Shown here one piece after another: positions 1 to 12,258 of a stretch of DNA of 64,000 bases. The position numbers and the translations under genes were made by a program. Position 1 is the first letter of the stretch, and every line of letters begins with the position of its first letter. Source of the stretch: Octopus sinensis (lineage: Eukaryota); contig NC_043005.1 in NCBI RefSeq assembly GCF_006345805.1, positions 98,704,001 to 98,768,000 on the forward strand, read 5' to 3'. Under the pieces are notes generated by a model, which worked only from the letters and a program-made list of their open reading frames with translations, searched no databases and was not told the origin of the DNA.

Positions 1-1014
1 AAATATTTTTGTTTAAGATAAACTAAACAAAGAGGCTTTGGAGGGAGTAGTTGAGTCAGAGATGAGATTGTTTCATCTGATGAAGTAACACAAGTTTGAA
101 ACATGTATGGTTGTAGTGCAGATTTGTGCTGAAAGAGAAAATGGTGATCACACATCCTAATTAAAACTTCCCTATGGCGACTCGGTTCCAGATCTGAATA
201 ATAATTCTGACTTTCAGTTTTTGTTTTGACAATACTATTTGTCAAGAAGGAAACTTTGAGGAACTGTAATATTAAGATTATTTCCCATAACCTTGCAATG
301 TCTATCATGTGTTGATGAACTTTGATGGTAAAGAAGAAAAATGCCAACAGAAAGACTTAATTTGAACTTGTAGTATTAAGCTGTATAACCATAAAATCTA
401 ATTCCAGCTGTTTACTATTGTTGTTTTACTAAGGTTACATGTTTTGTTAACTTTTCAATCTGAGTTTCTTGTTTTTTTGTTAAAGAGCAAATGTTAGCTC
501 TAAGTTGTATATGTTGAGCAAGTTGTCCCCCCCTACATAAACTAGATTTTTTTTTAACGGTATAGTCAAAGGAAATGGTTGTCACTCATGATGCTCTTCA
601 AGAACTCCAAGACTACCGAGAGGAAGGAAGGCCTGACCTGAAAACTTACAGCACAATGTTTAAGCTAAAGACTCCTTAGAGTCAAGGCATGATGTTAAAT
701 TGGAAGATGGATTAAACCTAGTAGCCAAGAATAACAACAACTCTTCCAGTGGGGCTTTCTCATAGTTTGTGCCTCTCAAATTTCACTTATTAGGCTTTGA
801 TTTAGCTATGACGGTGGTACTAGACATTTCTCCACGGCAGTGTCTTGTGAGATCGACTCTGTTGAATAAAGTCTTGCTTTACAGTTTCTCTTGTTATTAC
901 TTCTTATGACAGTATACTGTACTCAGTATTTACCAAAATTTATTTACTTCTTTATTTTTTTGTTCAGACCCAATTTTCGTGTGGCTAACTAAATCGTTTT
1001 GACATCTTTTCCAG

Positions 1015-1212
1015 GCAAATCATGAACACCTTTTCCTTCAAGGAGATGATAAACTTTATTTGAATATTGGAGACTCAGTTTTCAAGGTTTCAAACTCCAA
1101 TGTGTCCCCCTCTGTTACGTCTTCCCCCATCTCTCATGTGTTGGTTGGCAATAAACAGTGGCAGGTTATACCAATCTCACACAGCTACCTCTCAGCTAAC
1201 TGGCCAATAAGA
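1015..1212 (+). CDS. RIC1: RIC1 internal exon (first in window)
   Basis: ccag|GCAAAT...ATAAGA|gtaagt, 198 nt, phase 0-0; ANHEHLFLQGDDKLYLNIG...KQWQVIPISHSYLSANWPIR matches the RIC1 motifs LQGEDRLYLN and W.VVQI...YL..NWPIR as I recall them. Confidence 0.93.
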
Positions 1213-1369
1213 GTAAGTTCAAACTATTGTTGTTGATGGTGTTATTTTTAAAATATGTTTGCTGTCGTTCATGTTGCTGCTGCAACTGTTCTGAAAAGAA
1301 CATCTCTATTTTTTTTTTTTCATAGTTGACCTACCATATATATTAAGAAGAGTCATTAATATCTATCTC

Positions 1370-1521
1370 TGCTGTACTCTTTCGCCACAACTTTCTCTCA
1401 CTCTTTCTTCTGTTGGCCTGCTCGCTTAGCCAGCGGGGTGGCGTCATTTGAAGGCTAAAACAATGCGAAGCGCATTGTGACCAGCGATGTGTAGCGACAT
1501 CTAATAGCCTGGTCGGTCACG

Positions 1522-1527
<6 letters not shown>
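1370..1527 (+). mobile_element. SINE family B, 3' part
   Basis: Matches ~19505-19660; ends in (AT)n. Confidence 0.85.
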
Positions 1528-1565
<38 letters not shown>

Positions 1566-1963
1566 GAGAGAGATTGAGACTGTGTGAATGTGTTGGGGTG
1601 TTGGTAAATAAAATGCAACAGCCGTGCAAGGGAGGTAACAATCTGTGTGGTGTTGTTTATTTGAAACCCTTGTTGCTTTTCTGCATACTCTACTAGAAAA
1701 TTCCGGAATAAGTTTGTTGGTGTGGACATGACTAATATATCATTGAACCCAAACAGGCAGAATTCATGATGAACGTAGGAGAATAGCTTGTGGAATATCT
1801 TTATTGAAAATGTCAAAGTGGTTCATTGATATATTAAATAAAACATTGAAGTTATTAAAAAAGAATAGTCTTTAATCATTGTATTTATTTCTTATATTAA
1901 TGTAAATACCTATGTTAGTAGGATCATTGACTATTTTGATTTATGGTATCTCATTAAACAGAT

Positions 1964-2196
1964 AAGGCGGCGAGCTGGCAGAATCATTAGCACGCCGGGC
2001 GAAATGCTTAGCAGTCTTTCGTCTGTCTCTACGTTCTGAGTTCAAATTCCGCTGAGGTCGACTTTGCCTTTCATCCTTTCGGGGTCGATTAAATAAGTAC
2101 CAGTTACGCACTGGGGTCGATGTAATCGACTTAATCCGTTTGTCTGTCCCTGTTTGTCCCCTCTGTGTTTAGCCCCTTGTGGGTAGTAAAGAAATA
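1964..2196 (+). mobile_element. tRNA-type SINE, family A, full length
   Basis: ggcggcgagctggcagaa...gttcaaattcc (B-box-like)...gtagtaaagaaata; 19-bp TSD ggtatctcattaaacagat at 1945-1963 and 2197-2215; four more copies in the window. Confidence 0.9.
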
Positions 2197-3648
2197 GGTA
2201 TCTCATTAAACAGATTCCTTTTCAGCTGAAACAGTCAGTCACACTCTCTATTTGCTTTATCTCAAAGTTGATTGTTTACTCAGGGTGTTGACCAGCATTT
2301 GAGTGTTACAGAGGTAGAGTGGTGTTGAGTAGTGGCCACTTGTTGCTGTCAGTAGTGCCGACTAGTGGCCAAGTATTACTACAGCTGGTAGTTAAGAGTT
2401 ACTAGGGTGTTTTTGACGGGGGGTGGGTGGATGTAACCAGTAATTAAGTGATACTGGGATCACTGACCAGAAAAGTTTGAATCAATATTTTGCAGTGTAG
2501 CTAATTGCTGTATCAATCTGAGGCCATATCATGCCATCTGATCTTCCTTCTATCTTTAATTTTTATTCATAGTTGTGAAATGGCCAGGTTTGCAATGTAT
2601 GGATCTGTTGGCATGTAGGTTGTTAGTTCAAGTTTGGTGCATGTTTTTTGTTATATCTTAGAGCACTTTATCTTTGATAGAGACCAGTGGTTAAGGGTTT
2701 AGCCATTTAGCAATCAGATTACTTATTCACATTGTATTCAATCAATCGTGCATTATCTCATAGCTTTGAATTTATGAGAGTGTGAGGGTTGATTTTAAGA
2801 ATGACACTGTAAGGTAAGTGACAGAAGCCAGGTCTGGATGATTTGAACATAAAAAAGTAGAATATTCAGGCTGTATTTGGCCAGTTTCAATGCTAAATGG
2901 TTAAATGGGGTGTCAAACTGAAACAATTGTACATTAAGCAATTCCAAAGTTGCATTAAACATGAGAAATCCACAAAGCGTATCCCTTATAATTGTGTTAC
3001 TGACTTTTAGTAGAGCCAGTGTAGTTACTGGAAACTTTGGATCACTACTGTGTGGTCTAGCTAATTGCTGTATCAATCTGAGATCATATCATGCCATGTT
3101 TGCCTTATCTATTTGCTTGTCTCTTAGAGTTTTATCTTTAACTCGATTGTTTACTCAGGGCGTTGACCAGCATTTGATTGTTACAGAGGTAGGGAGGTGT
3201 TGACTAGTGGCCACTTGTTGCTGTCAGTAGTGCTGACTATAAATATATAAATATGAAATGGCCAGGTTCACAACAAATGGATCTCTCAGCTTGTAGGCTA
3301 CTTGTTCAAGTTTACTGCATGTATTTTGTTATATTTTTAGAGCACTATATTTCATTCTACATTGTCCCAGTTAACCTAATTATCGGCAGTAGGTTACAGA
3401 TGACTTACGTGTGATAGATTTCTCATTTTTTAATGCCATAAATTAGGAATTAAATACTAGCCCTTAAAACTTTTTTGAAGTATAGGAAGCTTAACATCAA
3501 AACATTTAGTTGGAAAAGATTGTATGCCTTAAAATCTCTTTTGCTTGCTTTTGTAAATTTAAGCCTGCAGAATTCTCTGGAAATGAACTTCCATATTTAT
3601 TATGATAATTTATTGTTTGTATTTTGTTTTTATCTATTTGTTTGTTAG

Positions 3649-3753
3649 TATGCTGCTGTGGATCGATCTGGTCAGTGTATTGCAGTGGCTGGTAAAACAG
3701 GACTTGCACACTATGCGTTACGTAAATGGAAGCTGTTTGGTAATGAGACACAG
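3649..3753 (+). CDS. RIC1: RIC1 exon
   Basis: ttag|TATGCT...ACACAG|gtaac, 105 nt; [35 protein letters not shown] (conserved G.AHY...KWKLFGN.TQ). Confidence 0.95.
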
Positions 3754-4043
3754 GTAACAAATATCATTGATGAAAAACTGAGATCTCTTAACCCTTTTGA
3801 TACCAACCTGCCTGAGACTGCCCTGTATTCTGTGATGCAAACTTCATGTTTTTAAGTGATCTAAATCAAAATCTTCCATCAAAATCCCATCTTAATTTTT
3901 GCCCAAGCACTAGTTGGATAATTTTACTAAATTTTTCATTATTTTCTAGATTGATTGAAACCAAGACAGTGTATTTCAACAGAAATATCGTAACAAATGG
4001 GCTAAATTGTCTTCCTATAAACTGTTAAAAACCATTTTTTTCT

Positions 4044-4273
4044 TTAACTCTTTTGTTACCATATTTCTGTTGAGATGCTTTGTGTTTCTTTCAATTAAAT
4101 TTAAATATAATAAAAAATTTTGTAAAATAATTTAATTATCATTAAAGTAATGTTATGAATGTAAACTGTGACTAAAGTTTGGTGGAAGATTTTAATTCAG
4201 AACTTTTGAAAACAAGATATTTATACTACGGAACCAGAGGTGGTTTCAGCCAGATTGGTATCAAAAAGGTTAA
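4044..4273 (+). mobile_element. TTAA-flanked MITE (piggyBac-like)
   Basis: ttaactcttttgttacc...ggtatcaaaaaggttaa; a related copy lies in the opposite orientation at ~46198-46418. Confidence 0.6.
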
Positions 4274-5141
4274 ACTGATATTTCCAACATTATTTGATTT
4301 GATTATTCAGCCACACTCATTAAAAGATTGTAATGTAACCCAGTTTTGTTGACATTTTTATATATTTTCTCCTTGATGCAAGTTGTCTTTGGTGCGATAA
4401 AGAAGCACATTTATATGTTATCTCTACTACTTACAGTAATGAGCTGTGCCCCACCAAGGGCCCTATTGTTAAACCTCTGTTCAATGAGGCCATTAATTCA
4501 GGAAACAAAGTACAGCATTAGTAATAGAATATGAACTAGTAATCGTGTTTCTATAATGACAACCACTTAAAGTATAGTCAGTTGTAACTTTTAATTTAAC
4601 AAATAGTATATTTGGTAGAAATTACTGTGTTATATGCTACAGAACTGGATAAATGCTGATCCCTGAGTTCACAAGATTTAAATCTTTGAGACATTAGTAG
4701 TTTGTATCCTCTTACTGCCACTACGTAGTGTTTGGCCAAGACACTTAAATCTCAAATGTCTTATCCTCCGAGTTGGAAATTACAGTTCAAACATAAGTAG
4801 CATTGTAAAATTGAGGAGTGTAACATCAGATTGAAGTGTTGAGTTCAACTTGTAGCACATTTCTTGGAGAGAATTGTTCTACACCAATTTAAATTTAACA
4901 TTTCCTCCAAATACACTACACTGATACAACCGTGTGTAATGCTTCCATGAACCAATCATTGGATTTATGAATATTTCCTTGTGAATTATTCTGAATGAGG
5001 ACCAGTATCAAGATACCCAACTGTAAACTGTTTCCTTTCAAACCTCACTGAAAGACCATTCATTTCTGTAGAAGAAATCAATATTAGAATTTTTATGAAA
5101 TTTCATTTTTTTTCTTTCCTCTTTATTATTTTCTTTTGTAG

Positions 5142-5231
5142 GAGAGAGATCTGGTAGTATTTGGTGGCTTAACATGGTGGAAAGACTTTATCTGTGTAGC
5201 TTGCAATAACTTAGTATCACATAAAGATGAG
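5142..5231 (+). CDS. RIC1: RIC1 exon
   Basis: gtag|GAGAGA...GATGAG|gtttgt, 90 nt; ERDLVVFGGLTWWKDFICVACNNLVSHKDE (GGL.WW.DF...AC motif). Confidence 0.93.
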
Positions 5232-5269
5232 GTTTGTACATTCAATTTCTCTTGATTTATATATATATA

Positions 5270-5466
5270 TTTCTTTACTGCCCACAAGGGGTTAAACATA
5301 GAGGGGACAAACAAGGACAGACAAAGGGATTAAGTCTATTACATCGGCCCCAGTGCGAAACTGGTACTTTATTTATCGACCCCGAAAGAATGAAAGGCAA
5401 AGTCAACAGACGAAATACCACTAAGCATTTTGCCCGATGTGCTAATGTTTCTGCCAGCTCGCCACC
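5270..5466 (-). mobile_element. SINE family A
   Basis: Reverse complement of 1964-2196, with an internal deletion. Confidence 0.85.
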
Positions 5467-5524
5467 TTTTGATTTATATATATATATATAACGGACGTTA
5501 AACGATGATGATGATGATGATATA

Positions 5525-6000
5525 TCATCATCATCATCATCATCGTTTTAACGTCCGTTTTCCATGCTAGCATGGGTTGGACAGTTTGACTGGGGTCTGG
5601 GAAGCCAGGAGGCTGCACCAGGCTCCAGTCTGATCTGGCAGTGTTTCTATGGCTGGATGCCCTTCCTAATGCCAACCAATCTGTGAATGTAGTGGGTGCT
5701 TTTTACGTGCCACTGGCACAGGTGCCAGGGGAGGCTGGCAACGGCCACAATCGGTTGGTGCTTTTTACATGCCACTGGCATGGAAGCCAGTCAAGGCAAT
5801 GCTGGCATCGGTCACGTATGGATGGTTGTTTTAATGTGCCACTGGCACAGGTGCCAGGGGAGGCTGGCAACGGCCACAATCGGTTGGTGCTTTTTACATG
5901 CCACTGGCACAGAAGCCAGTCAAGGCAATGCTGGCATCGGTCACGTATGGATGGTTGTTTTAATGTGCCACTGGCACAGCTATCGCAACTACAATTTCCA
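5525..6000 (-). mobile_element. Short 3'-end fragment of the RTE family
   Basis: catcatc gtttaacgtcc...gcccttcctaa; related fragments near 10355, 14130-14445, 17050, 37935, 39620-39812, 42480-42720, 44560-44800, 62985-63134. Confidence 0.85.
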
Positions 6001-6924
6001 TTTGATATTTTTTTCTTTTCTTTTCCTGCACAATCTGAGAAGTGTTGTTACACCTTACGTTTCTAAGTTTTTCCAGACATGAAGATTAACTAGGTTAGGA
6101 GGAAATGAGAGTTTCAGAAAGTTGTAGTATTAAGGAAGAAAGATCAGAGAAATGTTTAGTTTGAAGCATGAAGAATAAAAATCACTGAAAGTGGTGAGAA
6201 AAAGGAAAATAGATATATGAAGGAGATTTATGTTGTAGTCATTAAGTTTAGTGGACAAAGAAAAGTCAGTCCCAAGACAGCCTTAATGTTTTATAGTTAA
6301 TTTAGTATAGGGCTTGTTTATTAGGTGGGGGTGGTCGTGATCTTGGACAGGTGTTGTGATGAAATATGAAACTAATGTTGGTGAGGATGACACAAGTGCA
6401 GATAGCGTTATGGTACATAGCTCAATGCACTACTGTTCTTAGTTCAAATTCCAGTGCTCTTTGTTTTCCATTATTCCAAAGGAACGATAAGTTAGTAGAA
6501 TCATTAATGTCAGAAGAAAGTGCTGTGCAGTATTTCTTCAGGTTTGTTACATTCAGAGTTCAAATACCACTAAGGCTAATTTTTGCTTTTCATCCATCTG
6601 AGGTAGGTAAAATAAAATGTACCAGTCAAATATGGGGATTGGTATAATTCGCTGTTACCTCTCCCCAATTTTAGGCTTTTGTGCCTACGTTAGAAATGAA
6701 TATAACCAAAGACTAACATTTCAATTTGGGCATTTTTTAGAATCAACTTTCAGTCAAAGTAGTGGTAATTACTTTAGTGCAAAAATTTAGTTTACAAACT
6801 TTCCGATTTAATATTACAAAATCTGTTATTGTAAATATATAAGTGATTCCTGATTAGTTTTCATCAAATTCCCTATAAATAAATGTTTTAGAGCCCGTCT
6901 AGCAGAACAAGTAATTTAATAAGT

Positions 6925-8510
6925 TGACATCAGACTCTATATCTACTATGCAATTTACACCAGCAATGCTACAACACACCCTTAAGAATAAGCGCGACTA
7001 TGCCTTCCTGGTCTCAATGTGTTACATACCTACTTCTCAAACGCCGGTGGGTACTTCTTCTTTTAAGCCAACTTTCTCTATTCTTCCATTCTGTTCTGAC
7101 AATGGTGTTACTCCAGAGCAGTGGAAAACTGCCAGTGTTAATCCTCTCGTTCAAAAAAGGTGACCGCACATCGCCTGTCAAACTATCGCCCCGTTAGTCT
7201 TACTAGCTGCATCGCCCAAATGATGGAATTCTTGTATCAGGGAAACCTCTGGAACTTTTGGAAGTCTCACAGCCTCATCCAGCCGTCACAATTTGGATTT
7301 ATTCCTAACTCCAGCTGCTGTAATCAACTCATTGAGTTTCTTGAGGACGTTACCCAATCACTGATCACGGATCCTGGGTAGATGTTGGTTACCTGGACTT
7401 TGTAAGGCTTTTAGCTCTGTGCAACAAAACAAAGACTTCTGGTGAAGCTCTCTGCGTTTGGGCTAAGAGACGAACTCTATAACTGTGTTGAAGTCCTTTA
7501 TTTCGGCCCGAAAAGAGGGTTGTCACAGTTCTAGGACAGCACTTCAACCTATGAGATGACGTGGGTGTACCACAGGGATCTGTTCTTGGCCCCCTTTTAT
7601 TTGTGCTTATGTTAATGACATAGATGCAACTTAAAGAATGCCACAGTGCTGAAATATGCAGATGAATCAAAGCTGTACCTCGAAATAAAGAGGTTAGATC
7701 CTGTACACTATAGATCTCTGTTGCAGACCTGGACACAATGCAGCAGTGGATTATGGACTGGCAATCAAGCTGGTGTGTGGACACAAATGTACCACACCAT
7801 GCATTTTGGGAGAGGAGAAACCCAGCGTCCACCTACTCCCTCCACAAAAACTAGTCTCAAAAAAGTCTTCATGTGAACGTGACCTGGGTGTTATTGCGAC
7901 AGTGATTTGCGTTGGACAAAACACATCGCTAAAATTGTCAAAGAAGGCTGAGGGGTCTGTCTTGGCATCACTCACCAAATCCTTTGTGAGCCGCTCGCGA
8001 CTATATCCTATCTGCGGCTTATATACGCTATGGTAAGACTTTACCTGGAATTTGAATCACCGATCATCTGGAACCCCATATCTTGCCCAGGATATCAATC
8101 GTCTGGAAGCCGTTCAGCGACGTGCAACCAAAAGAGTACCCGCCATCAGGCATTTGCCATATTCTGAATGCCTTACTTCCCTGGGCATGGACACATTGAA
8201 ACTCTGACGTTTGGCAGCTGACTTGGCAGACACCCATAAAATTATTAACCATCTTACAAACAATAACTCTGAGCACATTTTCAAATTCCACCCATCTAAC
8301 ACCCGTGGACATATTTACAAAGTCAGAAAACAGCATGGAGTACTGCATCCTTCAAAACTTCCATGCTTTCTGAGATTCGCCAACACTACACCTGATTTCC
8401 TCCCCTCCATACACACACAAGCATGTATCTGACTCGTACATTGTTCGCTTTCCAGCATTACTGCATACACTTTATACGCACTTTCTGACAAGTCGTGGTG
8501 CACCTGAGCA
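6925..8510 (+). mobile_element. Degenerate CR1/Jockey-like LINE, RT and 3' region
   Basis: Frameshifted motifs: WKTASV.P..KKGD, NYRPVSLTS, QFGF.P..SC, GVPQGSVLGP.LF, YADESK, IWNP, LE.VQRRATK. Confidence 0.88.
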
Positions 8511-8756
8511 CTGTATACAATAATTTCATTATCATTATCAAACAGTTAATTTTTTTAGATTTAAGGGAAGTAATTAAAGTAAGGGAAACAACTCCTTTGA
8601 CAAAGGGAGGTAACCTTTTATAACTCAATTCATGCACATGAGTTCAAATATATTTTTACCCATGTTCAATGTAATTACAAGCACGGAAAAGCCCCGGAAA
8701 CTAAGCAAGAATGAAATGCTATATACCCTACAAATTATGATAGGTTTAAATCTAGA

Positions 8757-9290
8757 TATAAACTACTGTATTTAAATAAACGAATTTTATGTTACAAGGT
8801 CCGCCTTTTAAACTCTTATGTTAAATGTATTGATCCCGATTTCATTACAGTCACAGAACACATTCTTTATTCTACGGTGGTGTTTTTAGCATGGCTGGCT
8901 TCAGCATATTCTGGAAAGACCGCTCTAATCGCATGATGGTCTATGTCCACTCAAGCTTTACAGCAATTTCTTTTGATGACTTGAATCAGGCGCTGCAAGA
9001 AATATTTTTCTGCGATATTCGTGTAAGCACATCAACACTTCTATTTGGAGATGTTTACCTCCGAAACTGCCATCAAGACACACAGTTTTCTGGTATCTTC
9101 AGAGCTGCATCTAGGAAAACATCCAGTTACCTAGAGATTGATTGGCAAACCTTTGGCGAAAAGTGTAAATAATTTCCCTGATTTAGTGCTAGATTCAAAT
9201 CGGTTTCAAGTAGTTACTGCCCCAACAATAGGTAACAACATCTGTGGGTTTGCTATTTACCACTTCCCCCAAAACTTATCAGTGTCACTA
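8757..9290 (+). mobile_element. Degenerate LINE APE-endonuclease fragment
   Basis: YKLLYLNKR.L..KV...DPDFITVTE...AGFSIFWKDR. Confidence 0.6.
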
Positions 9291-9469
9291 ACGAGGGACC
9301 TTTAGGTGACTCCAGTGAAGCTATGAACATTACTGATCTCTTTCTTATCAGCAGAAAGAAAAGCTATCATCACCTTCAAGCTACTCACGTTGGTTAGAAC
9401 AAAGGGAAAGAGATGGAGTGTGCTCTGTTGGATGTGCAATGTGAGTGTGCATGAATAAATAGAATAAAG

Positions 9470-9740
9470 GTGGTATGTGAAAAACTGGGTATAAGAGGAA
9501 TCAGGATGTTGTGTTCAAAGAAAGATATGCTTTATGGACATATGATGTGTATGGATGAGGAGAACTGTATAAAGAAGTGCATTCACTCAATGTAGCTTGG
9601 ACCTGCAGAAAAGAAGACTCAGGAAGATATGGTATGAAATGGTGAAAGCTGACCTCAGGATCCTGAGCCTGATGGATGAGATGACAAATGACTGGGATCT
9701 CTCGTATTATGAGGTTCTCAAAAATATGTACCCTCCTCAG
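9470..9740 (+). mobile_element. Old RTE LINE 3' coding remnant
   Basis: YGHMMCMDEENCIKKC resembles the RTE C-terminus at 23664-23900 and 43160-43360. Confidence 0.55.
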
Positions 9741-10618
9741 CAAAACTGAGTTCTGGAAGCACTATGTTTTGGGTTCAGCTGAGACAGTGACTCTCCCCAC
9801 TTGTGCATTATGCCTCTCTCCCACTCATCCCAGCTCCACAGACTATCCCTCTATATCATTTCTCTCTTGCCCTTCCCCCACCAAGCAACTGTATCATCTT
9901 TACTAATCCAGCTGCTTGTTACTTTCATTCGACTGCATCCTGCCTCCTTCAGTTCTCATTCACTTTCCCACTCAATCTTGCAAATGGCCCGTGCACCCAT
10001 TTCTACTCAGCTTGTGCCTTGTGGGGTCACCTGATCATCTTATTGGCATTGTCTATGCCTTGCAGCTACCACTGATAATTTTTTTCTCTTTTTCTCCTCT
10101 TCTACTTTTACTCTATTAGATGTAACCATGCAGCTCCCTCTGCAAGAGCCTACTCTCCACCTTGCTCTTATTAGTAGTTCCCTGATCCCCTTGTGTAAGG
10201 CTAGTGCCTCTCCACCCTAGTACATCCTGTGAACTTCATGGCTGTCTCACTAGGCATCCAGCTATAAAAAAAAAAAAAACCATGCCAAAGCAGACATTGG
10301 AGCTTGATGCAATTCTTGCACACATTGGATTTTGTCAAACCTTCCAACCCATGGAACATCATCATCATCCTTGTTTAACATTTGTTTTCCATGCTGGCAT
10401 GGGTCAGCTGGTTTGTCTGAAAACCAGTAAGCTGGGGAGCTGAACCGGGTTCCAGTCTGATTTTGTATGGTTTCTGCAGCTGAATGTCCTTCCTTGTGAC
10501 ATCAGTTAGCCCAAATGGTGAATGTGCTTTAATTGACCTACTGACAGACACATACCCAAAGTATACCAAAGTAGTTATATATGTATATATATATTTAATA
10601 CTTATCCTTTCATTTCAG

Positions 10619-10784
10619 ATTCGCTGCTACCCTCGCTCCAGTAAATTAGACAATACATTTGCATGTGTTATGAAAGTTCAATCCAGGGTTCTTCTTCTCA
10701 ATACTTTTGGAGACATACTAATTATTTTTTGTGAGGACTCGCATATCATTCTTTATAAACTGGAACGAAAAAATGGAACAGCAT
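10619..10784 (+). CDS. RIC1: RIC1 exon (intact copy; a degenerate duplicate follows)
   Basis: tcag|ATTCGC...GCAT, 166 nt; IRCYPRSSKLDNTFACVMKVQSRVLLLNTFGDILIIFCEDSHIILYKLERKNGTA. A phase-1 end fits the next exon, but the consensus donor gtgagt appears only after the duplicate, at 10943. Confidence 0.85.
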
Positions 10785-10786
10785 GT

Positions 10787-10944
10787 CCTCGCTCAGTTAA
10801 ATTAGACATACATTGCATGTGTTATGAGAAAGTTTCCAACCAGGGTTTTTCTCAATACCTTTTGGAGACATAACGTAATTATTTTTTTTTGAGGACTCGC
10901 ATATCATTCTTTATAAACTGGAACGAAAAAATGGAACAGCATGT
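10787..10944 (+). pseudogene. RIC1: Degenerate tandem duplicate of 10631-10786 (RIC1 exon sequence)
   Basis: 5' half has many small indels and the read-through frame stops at 10873; 3' half is identical to the first copy; followed by the rest of the gtgagt donor. Confidence 0.85.
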
Positions 10945-11501
10945 GAGTTTACTGATTTGTTTCTTGTTATTTGTGCATGTAAATATCTCTTGTAAGTTGA
11001 GTTTATAAATTCAGTAAAATAAAGGTAGTTATTTTGAATAAGATTATTTGAAGTTGTCCATCTAAAGTTGATTATTGAGTGTGCATGCAGGGCATAGTCA
11101 GACATGCAAGCGTACACATACTTACCTTACACTCAGCATCAAAGTATTTATGCACACTGATAGAGAAAATGCATACATATGAAGAATATACATATGAAGA
11201 ATATACAAATGTATTTCAATGGATAGGCACTCTCACCTGTACAGTTGTACATGAATATATATATTTACTTATACTGAAATAATACTAATGCACTATGAAT
11301 GCACAAACAATACACACACACACATATATATACATAATATTATCATTAATAATAGTAGGGATTATAAAATTCCAAACTTACAGGGAAAATTCAATTTAGC
11401 AATACTAAATCAAATTTGAATATATAATATATGTATATAATTAAGAGAAATAACCTCTATTAAGTAATTCAATAGTGAAACATATTCTAAAAAATTAAAT
11501 T

Positions 11502-11596
11502 GACTACGCGCATTTCGTGATTATATCTTTAAACTGATAATAAAATCGATACTATTAAAATTAATTCAATTTAAAAATATAGCCACTCTTCAGGTC
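11502..11596 (-). ncRNA. Hammerhead ribozyme motif with long stem II (left arm)
   Basis: Minus strand: GAC CUGAAGA GUGGCUAUAUUUUUAAAUUGA...UCAGUUUAAAGAUAUAAUCAC GAAAU GCGC GUA^ GUC; ~21-bp stem II, 3-bp stem I, near-palindromic stem III. Confidence 0.7.
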
Positions 11597-12002
11597 TAAA
11601 ATAATAAAATAAATGTATGTATATTAACATATAATAATTAACAAATAAATATAGAAATATACATATCGTAACAATAAATAATCAAATAAAATATAACAAT
11701 ATTAATGAAAAATAAAATCATAACTTATCTTATTGAAGAGTACCAGTTAACTGAAATTTTAAACATTAAACTTAGAACTTAGTGTTGCTATGAAATTTAT
11801 CACGGGAAAATATGACATAAATAATAAGTTTAACATTTAAAATTTCACTTAACTGGTATTCTTCAATGAGATAAGTTATGATTTTATTTTTCATTAATAT
11901 TGTTATATTTTACTTGATTATTTATTGTTACGATATGTATATTTCTATATTTATTTGTTAATTATTATATGTTAACATACATACATTTATTTTATTATTT
12001 TA

Positions 12003-12100
12003 GACCTGAAGAGTGGCTATATTTTTAAATCGAATTAATTTTAATAGTATCGATTTTATTATTATCAATTTAAAGATATAGTCACAAAATGCATGTAGTC
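12003..12100 (+). ncRNA. Degenerate hammerhead motif (right arm, G12A)
   Basis: GAC CTGAAGA GTGGCTATA...TATAGTCAC AAAAT GCAT GTA GTC; GAAA reads AAAA and stem III shows CpG decay. Confidence 0.6.
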
Positions 12101-12207
12101 AATTTAACATTTATTTAATTTAGTGATTTTTAGAATATCTTTCACTATTGAATTACTTAATAGAGGTTATTTCTCTTATATATATATAAACGATGATGAT
12201 GATGATG

Positions 12208-12243
<36 letters not shown>

Positions 12244-12258
12244 TTGTTTGTTTTCTAG

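Larger units (their letters stand above)
11443..12177. repeat. Long inverted repeat (arms ~11443-11774 and ~11825-12177, ~50 bp spacer), Penelope pseudo-LTR-like
   Basis: aagagaaataacctctattaag...aaactta versus taagttt...cttaatagaggttatttctctt; arms differ mainly by CpG-type transitions and one ~20 nt indel. Confidence 0.92.

Noticed and set aside
72-112. ctgatgaagtaacacaagtttgaaacatgta hammerhead-like motif
   Set aside because: Stem II does not pair and stem I/cleavage triplet cannot be placed; at most a decayed relic
1760-1850. ATGATGA C-box-like motif (snoRNA?)
   Set aside because: No D box or terminal stem at a suitable distance
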